A stretch of DNA of 20,698 nucleotides from NCBI GenBank assembly GCA_049672545.1, contig JBATWJ010000176.1, forward strand, positions 1 through 20,698, read 5' to 3'. Of the stretch, positions 14,495 through 20,698 are shown one piece after another. Below the pieces are notes generated by a model that made no database searches, was not told the DNA's origin, and saw only the letters and a program-made list of their open reading frames with translations. Numbering within the stretch: the first letter of the stretch is position 1; each line of letters opens with the position of its first letter. The DNA comes from Burkholderiaceae bacterium (GTDB lineage Bacteria > Pseudomonadota > Gammaproteobacteria > Burkholderiales > Burkholderiaceae_D). Both the position numbers and the translations under genes were made by a program.

Positions 14495-14865
14495 TGGAAG
14501 ATTTCTGTATTTCGCATATGTGGCGCGATGCCGCGAAGCGACAGAAAGACTGGCGGGATAAAGGCGAAGTCGTTCTTCTGCAGACTGCGGTCGATGCGTA
14601 CTACGGGCTGCAGGCACTCGGCTGGCGCGACATTACGTATTGCCCGAAGGACGGCACAACCTTCCTTGCGATTCAGGCCGGCAGCGCCGGCGTGTTTCCG
14701 TGCCGGTATCAAGGCGAATGGCCGACCGGTTCCTGGTGGATTGAAGATGCTGGCGATCTGTGGCCGGTGCGTCCGATTCTGTTCAAACCGATGCCGGGGC
14801 AGCAAATGGCTAACACACAAGACGCCATCAAGGCCTCGCCGCAGCAGATGGATCAGGGGGCGTAA
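14491..14865 (+). CDS. Hypothetical protein (124 aa), DUF551-like pattern
   Basis: GTG 14491 or ATG 14494 overlaps the preceding stop. WRDITYCPKDGTTFLA...WPTGSWW...WPVRPILFKPMP resembles small phage proteins of the DUF551 type. That call is weak. Confidence 0.5.
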   Translation: MMEDFCISHMWRDAAKRQKDWRDKGEVVLLQTAVDAYYGLQALGWRDITYCPKDGTTFLAIQAGSAGVFPCRYQGEWPTGSWWIEDAGDLWPVRPILFKPMPGQQMANTQDAIKASPQQMDQGA

Positions 14866-14868
14866 GAT

Positions 14869-14964
14869 ATGCACCCAGCCTTTCTCGCAATCATCAAGCT
14901 GCTTGCCCAGCAGGCAGTTAAAAACCACCTGAACCCACAGCAGCCGAAGCCAGCCCCGAAATGA
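14869..14964 (+). CDS. Possible 31-aa leader/coupling ORF upstream of the integrase
   Basis: MHPAFLAIIKLLAQQAVKNHLNPQQPKPAPK. A GGGGG run lies about 8 nt upstream. Its stop overlaps the integrase ATG (ATGA at 14961-14964), and the integrase has no obvious Shine-Dalgarno of its own. Not in the ORF track because it is too short. Confidence 0.3.
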   Translation: MHPAFLAIIKLLAQQAVKNHLNPQQPKPAPK

Positions 14965-16535
14965 GAGTCGCCGCCTACTGCCGATTTTCGTCCGACGCCC
15001 AGCGCGAGACGTCGATCCGCGACCAGCTGCGCAACATCGAGGTTTACTGCGAGCGCATGGGCTGGCCGACGCCGGCGCTGTACCAGGACCAGGCGATCAG
15101 CGGCGCCCGCAGCGACCGGCCCGGCTACCAGGCCATGCTCGACGCGGCGGCCGTCGACGCCTTCGACGTGCTGCTGGTCGACGATCTGTCGCGGCTGTCT
15201 CGCGATCACATCGAATGCGCGCAGACGATCCGGCGCCTGAAGTTCGCCGGCATTCGCGTGATCGGTGTGTCCGACAGCGTCGACACCGAGCGCGACGGCT
15301 ACAAGCTGGAGACCGGCCTGCGCGGCCTGATGTCCGAGTTCTACCTCGACGACCTGGCCAAGAAGACGCACCGCGGATTGATGGGGCAGGCGCTCGACGG
15401 TTACAGCGCCGGCGGCCTGCCCTACGGCTACACCAGTGTAAGCGATGGCAAGGGATCGAAGAAGGTGATCGACGAAGACGAGGCACGCTGGGTGCGCTAC
15501 GTCTTCGAACGCTACGCGCTGGGCTGTTCGCCGCGCCAGATCGCCGACGAGCTGAACCGCCAGGGCGTGCCCAGTCCGCGCGGCGGCACCTGGGCGCACT
15601 CAGCGCTGTATCCCGACAGCAAGGGCGTCGGCATGCTCGGCAATCCGATCTACAACGGCCGCCAGGTCTGGAACCGCACCGCCTGGACCAAAGACCCGCT
15701 CACCGGCCGCCGGCGCCGCACGATGCGGCCGCAGTCGGAGTGGGTGATCATCGATTCACCCGAGCTGAAGATCATCGACGACGACACCTGGCGCGCCTGC
15801 GAAGCCCGCACGCGCGCCGCCAAGCGCGACACCGCCAGCAAGCGCGACGCGGGCAAGGGACCAGGCGGCCGCGCCCCGAAGTACTTGTTCTCCGGCCTGC
15901 TGAAGTGCGGCAGCTGCGGCGGTGCCTTCGTCATCCAGGGCCGCGACCACTACGGCTGCGCCACGCACAAGGATCGCGGCGCCTCGGTCTGCAGCAACGG
16001 CCTGAAGGTCAAGCGCGCCACGATCGAGCGCGTGCTGCTGGCCGGCGTGAAGGAAACCTTGCTTTCCGAAAACGCCTACCGCGCCTTCGAAGCCGAAGCG
16101 CGCAATCTGTTGAAGCTGGCCAAGCCGGACCCGGCCAACGCACGTCGACGCCTGGCCACCGCGAAGAAGGAACTCGACAACCTGATGGCGGCCATCAAGG
16201 CCGGCATCGTCACCGCCACCACCAAGGCCGTACTGGAAGAAGCCGAGCGCCAGGCGGCCGCGGCCCAGCAGGAGCTGAAGACGATCGAGCAATTCGAGCC
16301 GACGCAGCTGCTGCCGCGCGCCAAGGAAATCTATCAGGGATTGGTTGCCCAGCTGGAAGCCGTCGACGACATAGCGGCCGCGCGCGAAGCCTTGAAGGCG
16401 CTGATCGGTGAAGTGAGGATGCTGCCGGAAAACGGCATGCTGACTGCAGAAATACAAAACGCCGGACTGGCCGGCGCTTGTGGAATAACTGTGGTTGCGG
16501 GGACAGGATTTGAACCTGTGACCTTCGGGTTATGA
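14961..16535 (+). CDS. Large serine recombinase (phage integrase type)
   Basis: 524 aa. N-terminal resolvase catalytic domain (MRVAAYCRFSSDAQRETSIRDQ...VLLVDDLSRLSRD). Recombinase domain (GGLPYGY...WVRYVFERYA). Zinc-ribbon CGSCGGAFVIQGRDHYGCATHKDRGASVCSN, then a coiled-coil. The last 44 nt are antisense to tRNA-fMet (C-terminus ...VAGTGFEPVTFGL). Confidence 0.9.
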   Translation: MRVAAYCRFSSDAQRETSIRDQLRNIEVYCERMGWPTPALYQDQAISGARSDRPGYQAMLDAAAVDAFDVLLVDDLSRLSRDHIECAQTIRRLKFAGIRVIGVSDSVDTERDGYKLETGLRGLMSEFYLDDLAKKTHRGLMGQALDGYSAGGLPYGYTSVSDGKGSKKVIDEDEARWVRYVFERYALGCSPRQIADELNRQGVPSPRGGTWAHSALYPDSKGVGMLGNPIYNGRQVWNRTAWTKDPLTGRRRRTMRPQSEWVIIDSPELKIIDDDTWRACEARTRAAKRDTASKRDAGKGPGGRAPKYLFSGLLKCGSCGGAFVIQGRDHYGCATHKDRGASVCSNGLKVKRATIERVLLAGVKETLLSENAYRAFEAEARNLLKLAKPDPANARRRLATAKKELDNLMAAIKAGIVTATTKAVLEEAERQAAAAQQELKTIEQFEPTQLLPRAKEIYQGLVAQLEAVDDIAAAREALKALIGEVRMLPENGMLTAEIQNAGLAGACGITVVAGTGFEPVTFGL

Positions 16536-16568
16536 GCCCGACGAGCTGCCAGACTGCTCCACCCCGCG
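16492..16568 (-). tRNA. Initiator tRNA-fMet (anticodon CAU), 77 nt with encoded CCA
   Basis: The reverse complement reads CGCGGGGTGGAGCAGTCTGGCAGCTCGTCGGGCTCATAACCCGAAGGTCACAGGTTCAAATCCTGTCCCCGCAACCA. This is near-identical in layout to E. coli tRNA-fMet. It has the C1xA72 mismatch, three consecutive G-C pairs closing the anticodon stem, and a CUCAUAA loop. Confidence 0.95.
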
Positions 16569-16581
16569 TCTGAAGAGTTGA

Positions 16582-16610
16582 ACTATACAGCGTATCGGCC
16601 GACATTGCAA
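16582..16610 (-). promoter_or_regulatory. Putative sigma70 promoter of tRNA-fMet
   Basis: The minus strand reads TTGCAA (16610-16605), a 17-nt spacer, then TATAGT (16587-16582). The mature tRNA 5' end is 13 nt downstream of the -10 element. Confidence 0.55.
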
Positions 16611-16685
16611 ATCCCATTGCGGATGCGGTGATACACTTCCAGCACCCTGCGCGCCGACGCATCCCTACCGACCCGCTTCCCGTTC

Positions 16686-17261
16686 ATGAAATTCTGTTCC
16701 GAATGCGCCCATCCGGTCGCGCTGCTGATTCCGCCGGACGACAATCGTCCGCGCTTCGTCTGCAATCACTGCGGCACCATCCATTACCAGAACCCGAAGA
16801 TGGTGATCGGCTCGATTCCGGTCTGGCAGCAGGATGGGCAAGTGCAGGTGCTGCTGTGCCGGCGCGCGATCGAGCCGCGCTACGGCTACTGGACGCTGCC
16901 GGCCGGCTTCATGGAAAACGACGAGACCACCGGCGAGGCGGCGGCGCGCGAAACGCTGGAAGAAGCCGGCGCCCGCATCGAACTGCATGAACTGTTTTCA
17001 CTGCTGAACGTGCCGCGCGTGCACCAGGTCCACATGTTCTATCGCGCCACGCTCCTGGATCTCGACTACGCCGCCGGCACCGAAAGCCTGGAAGTGCAGA
17101 TGTTCACCGAGGCGCAGATCCCCTGGGACGAGATCGCCTTCCCGACCGTCAGCCAGACGCTGAAATTCTTTTTCGCCGATCTGGAACGGATCCGGCGCCA
17201 AGGCGGCGGTTTCAGGCTGCACACGGAAGACATCGTGCGCTCGATGCGGCGCCCGGATTGA
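16686..17261 (+). CDS. NUDIX hydrolase with N-terminal zinc ribbon
   Basis: CSEC...CNHCG zinc ribbon, then the Nudix box GFMENDETTGEAAARETLEEAGA (GX5EX7REUXEEXGU). Confidence 0.9.
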   Translation: MKFCSECAHPVALLIPPDDNRPRFVCNHCGTIHYQNPKMVIGSIPVWQQDGQVQVLLCRRAIEPRYGYWTLPAGFMENDETTGEAAARETLEEAGARIELHELFSLLNVPRVHQVHMFYRATLLDLDYAAGTESLEVQMFTEAQIPWDEIAFPTVSQTLKFFFADLERIRRQGGGFRLHTEDIVRSMRRPD

Positions 17262-17379
17262 TGGGGTATGCCGTTTTTTCGGTCTATCCGGCAGCATCCA
17301 CGAGCACCATTGAAATTACTCCCTATCAGTATATGAGTGATCCACGAGCAGTGCCGTCCTGTCCGGCCGGAGGCGGCGC

Positions 17380-18117
17380 GTGATCCCGTGGCTGCAGACC
17401 GATACGCCGTTCCCGCCGGTGGAGCGGGCGCTGACCGAAGCGGATGGCGCGCCGGGCCTCCTGGCGGCTGGCGCCGACCTGTCGCCGGAGCGGCTTTTGG
17501 ACGCCTACCGGCACGGCATCTTCCCGTGGTTTTCCGACGGCCAGCCGATCCTGTGGTGGAGCACCGACCCGCGCATGGTGCTGTGGACCGAGCGCCTGCG
17601 AATTTCCGACAGTCTGAAAAAGACCCTGAAGAAGATCGACAACGACCTGCGCGCCGAGCGCCGCTGGGAAGTGCGCTTCGACACCGCGTTCGAGGCGGTG
17701 ATGCGGGCCTGCGCGGCACCGCGCATCGAGCGTGACGGCAGCGCCGCCGGTACCTGGATCAGCGACGACATCATCGCCGGCTACGGCGCGCTGCACCGGC
17801 GCGGCTACGCGCATTCCTGCGAGCTGTGGCGCGACGGCGAGCTGGTGGCCGGCGCCTACGGCGTGGCGATCGGCCGCATGTTCTATGGCGAGTCGATGTT
17901 TACCCGCGTCAACGACGGCTCCAAGGTGGCACTGGCCTACCTGGTGCACTTCCTGCGCCGCCACGGCGTGGCGATGATCGACTGCCAGCAGGAGACCGCC
18001 CACCTGGCGTCGCTGGGCGCCGAGCCGATCGCGCGTGCCGAATTCATCGCCCATCTGGCCGGCGCGATCGAGCAGCCGCCGATCGCCTGCTGGCAACCGC
18101 TGCCGCTGTACGCGTAA
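17380..18117 (+). CDS. aat: Leucyl/phenylalanyl-tRNA--protein transferase
   Basis: GTG start. [43 protein letters not shown] and [16 protein letters not shown] align by eye with E. coli Aat ([59 protein letters not shown]). Confidence 0.9.
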   Translation: MIPWLQTDTPFPPVERALTEADGAPGLLAAGADLSPERLLDAYRHGIFPWFSDGQPILWWSTDPRMVLWTERLRISDSLKKTLKKIDNDLRAERRWEVRFDTAFEAVMRACAAPRIERDGSAAGTWISDDIIAGYGALHRRGYAHSCELWRDGELVAGAYGVAIGRMFYGESMFTRVNDGSKVALAYLVHFLRRHGVAMIDCQQETAHLASLGAEPIARAEFIAHLAGAIEQPPIACWQPLPLYA

Positions 18118-18216
18118 CGCACGAACGGCGCGGTGCCGCCCGCGCCGCGAAACTTTTGCGCCGCCCGCGCCATCCGTGTACATTGGAAGCGTCGCTCTCG
18201 TTGTCCCCGAACGCTC

Positions 18217-18939
18217 ATGACCCACCTGAAAGACGTTCCCTTCTCGACGCTGCAGTTCTACGCGACCGCACCCTACGGCTGCAGCTACCTGCCGCAGCGG
18301 CAGGCGCGCTCGCAGGTGGCGACGCCCTCGCACCAGATCAACGCCGACGTCTATTCGCAGCTGGTGAAAAGCGGCTTCCGCCGCAGCGGCATCTTTACCT
18401 ACCGGCCCTACTGCGACGGCTGCGCCGCCTGCATCCCGGTGCGGGTACAGGCCGAACGCTTCGCCGCCAACCGCAGCCAGCGCCGCGCCTGGCAACGCCA
18501 TCAGTCGCTGACGGCGCGCATTTCCGACCTCATCTACCTGCCCGAACACTATGACCTGTACCTGCGCTACCAGGCGGCGCGCCACGCCGGCGGCGGCATG
18601 GACCAGGACAGCCGCGAGCAGTACGCGCAGTTCCTGCTGCAGAGCAAGGTCAATACGCGGCTGGTCGAATTCCGCGACACCGGCAGCGCACTGCGCATGG
18701 TCAGCATCATCGACCTGCTGGACGACGGCCTGTCGTCGGTCTACACCTTCTACGATCCGGACATCGCCGGCGCCTCGTTCGGCACCTTCAACATCCTGTG
18801 GCAGATCGCGCAGGCGCGCCAGCTCGGCCTGCCCTACGTCTATCTCGGCTACTGGATCGAGGAAAGCCCGAAGATGGCCTACAAGATCAACTTCCGGCCG
18901 CTCGAGGCGCTGCGCCAGGGACGCTGGAGCCTGATGTAG
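18217..18939 (+). CDS. bpt: Arginyl-tRNA-protein transferase family (bacterial Bpt/Ate, N-degron pathway)
   Basis: I start it at ATG 18217 ([17 protein letters not shown]); the track starts at 18133. ATE_N/ATE_C pattern: CSYLP..., GFRRSG...[25 protein letters not shown]. It follows aat, as is common. Confidence 0.88.
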   Translation: MTHLKDVPFSTLQFYATAPYGCSYLPQRQARSQVATPSHQINADVYSQLVKSGFRRSGIFTYRPYCDGCAACIPVRVQAERFAANRSQRRAWQRHQSLTARISDLIYLPEHYDLYLRYQAARHAGGGMDQDSREQYAQFLLQSKVNTRLVEFRDTGSALRMVSIIDLLDDGLSSVYTFYDPDIAGASFGTFNILWQIAQARQLGLPYVYLGYWIEESPKMAYKINFRPLEALRQGRWSLM

Positions 18940-19021
18940 CGGCGCCTGCCGCACAAGCGCGGCAGCGCACGTTGTCCGCGTTACAATGGCGGCCGTTTTG
19001 CGCCGCCACTTTCTCCCTGCC

Positions 19022-20077
19022 ATGACCGCACCCGACAATTTTCTTTACGCGCTGGCGCGCCCGCTGCTGTTTGCGATGGACGCCGAAGCGGCGCACAACC
19101 TGACGCTGGCATCGCTGAAGCGCGCCGCCGACTGCGGCCTCGGCCGCGCCTTGGCTCGCCCGCAGCCCGATGTGCGTCGCGTGATGGGGATCGATTTCCC
19201 GAATCCGGTCGGCCTCGCCGCCGGGCTGGACAAGGATGGCGCCTACATCGACGGCCTGGCCGCGCTCGGCTTCGGCTTCATCGAGATCGGCACCGTGACG
19301 CCGCGCCCGCAGCCGGGCAATCCGCAGCCGCGCATGTTCCGGCTGCCGCGCGCGCAGGCGATCATCAACCGCATGGGCTTCAACAATGGCGGCGTCGACG
19401 CCTTCGTTTCCAACGTACAGGCGTCGCGCTTCTTCCAGCACAAGGAAGGCGTGCTGGGCCTGAACATCGGCAAGAACGCCGACACCCCGATCGAGCGCGC
19501 CGCCGACGATTACCTGATCTGCCTGCGCAAGGTCTATCCGTACGCCAGCTACGTGACGGTCAACATCTCGTCGCCGAATACCAAGAACTTGCGCCAGCTG
19601 CAGGATGCCGATGCGCTCGACGCGTTGCTGAGCCAATTGAAGCAAGCGCAGCGCGAACTGGCCGACCGCCATGCGCGCTATGTGCCGATCGCGCTGAAGA
19701 TCGCGCCGGATGTCGACGGCGAGCAGATCAAGATCATCGCCGGCGCGCTGACCCGGCACGGCATGGATGGCGTGATCGCCACCAACACCACCGTCGCGCG
19801 CGGCGCGGTGGCCGGCCTGCCGCATGCGGACGAAACCGGCGGTCTGTCCGGGCGGCCGGTGTTCGAGGCATCCAACAGCGTGATCCGGCAATTGCGTGCC
19901 GAGCTGGGCGACGCGCTGCCGATCATCGGCGTCGGCGGCATCGTCGACGGTGCCGGCGCACGGGCGAAGATCGATGCCGGCGCGGCGCTGGTACAGCTGT
20001 ACACCGGCCTGATCTACCGTGGCCCGGCGCTGGTGCGTGAATGCACTGCGGCGCTGCGCGGGCGCTCAGCTCACTAG
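19022..20077 (+). CDS. pyrD: Dihydroorotate dehydrogenase (quinone), class 2
   Basis: [56 protein letters not shown] prefer ATG 19022 from N-terminal alignment with E. coli PyrD; the track start 18986 is possible. Confidence 0.9.
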   Translation: MTAPDNFLYALARPLLFAMDAEAAHNLTLASLKRAADCGLGRALARPQPDVRRVMGIDFPNPVGLAAGLDKDGAYIDGLAALGFGFIEIGTVTPRPQPGNPQPRMFRLPRAQAIINRMGFNNGGVDAFVSNVQASRFFQHKEGVLGLNIGKNADTPIERAADDYLICLRKVYPYASYVTVNISSPNTKNLRQLQDADALDALLSQLKQAQRELADRHARYVPIALKIAPDVDGEQIKIIAGALTRHGMDGVIATNTTVARGAVAGLPHADETGGLSGRPVFEASNSVIRQLRAELGDALPIIGVGGIVDGAGARAKIDAGAALVQLYTGLIYRGPALVRECTAALRGRSAH

Positions 20078-20152
20078 GGAGTATGGATTAGAAACGGCCG
20101 GCTAGCGCCCGGCATAGAGGCCCCACACGGGGAGTATCTTCCGGACGCCGGC

Positions 20153-20698
20153 TCATTCGAAGCGCACCTGGCCGGTTTCGACGTCCAGCATCGCGCCGAC
20201 CACCTTCAGCTGCCCCTTTTCCACCATCTGCCGGAGCACCGGGCTTTGCGCCAGCAACTGGCGCACCGTCAGGTGCACGTTGGTTTCCGCCACCGCATCG
20301 ACGAAGGCGCTATTCTTGCCGCTGCGCTCCGTGCCCGGCGCGCTGGCGGTAGCGGTCACCGCCGGCTTCAAGCGCTCCAGCAACTGGGTCAGATTGCCGA
20401 GCGCGACCTCGTCGCAAGCACCCTTGACCGCGCCGCAATGGGTATGGCCGAGGATCACGATCACCTTGCTGCCGGCCACCGCCGACGCGTATTCCAGGCT
20501 GCCGAGGATGTCGGGATTGACGACGTTGCCGGCCACGCGGGCGATGAACAGGTCGCCGATGCCCTGGTCGAACAGCAGCGCCGGATCGGCGCGCGAATCG
20601 ATGCAGCTGACGATGCTGGCGAACGGATACTGGCCGTTGCGGCCGGCCGCCGCCGCTTGCGCGCGCAGGTCGCGCGGCTGCATCGCACCGGCCAGGAA
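20153..20698 (-). CDS. Beta-class carbonic anhydrase (5' end outside the window)
   Basis: CIDSRADPALLFDQGIGDLFIARVAGNVV...VILGHTHCGAVKGA contains the beta-CA zinc ligands (C..D.R, H..C). The frame stays open upstream of the track ATG (20683) to the window edge (FLAGAMQP...), so the true start is probably outside the window. Confidence 0.85.
   Translation of the reverse strand, partial: FLAGAMQPRDLRAQAAAAGRNGQYPFASIVSCIDSRADPALLFDQGIGDLFIARVAGNVVNPDILGSLEYASAVAGSKVIVILGHTHCGAVKGACDEVALGNLTQLLERLKPAVTATASAPGTERSGKNSAFVDAVAETNVHLTVRQLLAQSPVLRQMVEKGQLKVVGAMLDVETGQVRFE

Larger units (their letters stand above)
1..16535. mobile_element. Right-hand ~16.5 kb of an integrated temperate phage / phage-like island; right boundary at tRNA-fMet, left end outside the window
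   Basis: Uninterrupted phage-type modules: HTH/terS-like, gpZ-like, primase-helicase with iterons, 186 CII-like, Cro/CI with operators, SieB-like, accessory operon, serine integrase. They end exactly at a tRNA gene, and housekeeping genes begin immediately beyond it. The exact att crossover is not determinable from this window. Confidence 0.85.

Noticed and set aside
14853-16457. Minus-strand ORFs (248, 129 and 233 aa) opposite the serine recombinase, and plus-strand frame 15215..16411
   Set aside because: The recombinase frame has catalytic Ser, recombinase-domain and zinc-ribbon motifs. The alternatives are low-complexity shadows.
8544-16535. Search by eye for a canonical parS (TGTTNCACGTGAAACA-like) palindrome for the ParB-like protein
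   Set aside because: I found none in the window. The absence cannot be taken as meaningful without a computational scan.
18941-18975. Hairpin CTGCCGC-acaa-GCGGCAG after bpt as an intrinsic terminator
   Set aside because: The stem is real, but no U-tract follows it. It could be a REP-like element or a weak attenuator and is not supportable as a feature.
17326-19038. 570-aa minus-strand ORF spanning aat and bpt
   Set aside because: It is antisense to two genes with clear, well-known homology. It is Ala/Arg/Gly-rich with no recognisable motifs, a typical shadow ORF in high-GC DNA.
18887-19891. 334-aa minus-strand ORF opposite pyrD
   Set aside because: It is antisense to an unmistakable class 2 dihydroorotate dehydrogenase and has no motifs of its own.

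Overview
High-G+C proteobacterial chromosome segment. It looks betaproteobacterial, an inference from composition and the nudix-aat-bpt-pyrD gene order. Positions 1-16535 are the right-hand part of an integrated temperate phage or phage-like island; its left end is outside the window. From left to right it carries: an HTH/small-terminase-like gene (truncated by the window edge), a lambda gpZ-like gene, a 98-aa ORF, a dense iteron array that is a candidate origin, a P4-alpha-type primase-helicase, a phage 186 CII-like regulator, a convergent pair of small ORFs, a Cro/CI switch with three operators, a lipoprotein in the rexAB position, two tiny leftward ORFs, two more operator copies, and a SieB-like exclusion gene. 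These are followed by a 14-gene rightward operon joined mostly by ATGA start/stop overlaps, which includes an HD hydrolase and an orphan ParB-like protein. The operon ends in a large serine recombinase whose ORF terminates inside an initiator tRNA-fMet gene (16492-16568, minus strand). Beyond the tRNA the sequence is ordinary core genome (NUDIX hydrolase, aat, bpt, pyrD, partial beta-carbonic anhydrase), and I see nothing unusual there. The best candidates for something new are: (1) the immunity-adjacent cargo cluster at 6555-8499 (lipoprotein, two mini-proteins, SieB); (2) the serine integrase / initiator-tRNA junction; (3) the exactly symmetric 12-copy iteron origin; (4) the orphan ParB-like protein with a Cys cluster. 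All family calls come from motif recognition by eye, since no searches could be run. Many long ORFs in the track are antisense or out-of-frame shadows typical of high-GC DNA and were rejected.
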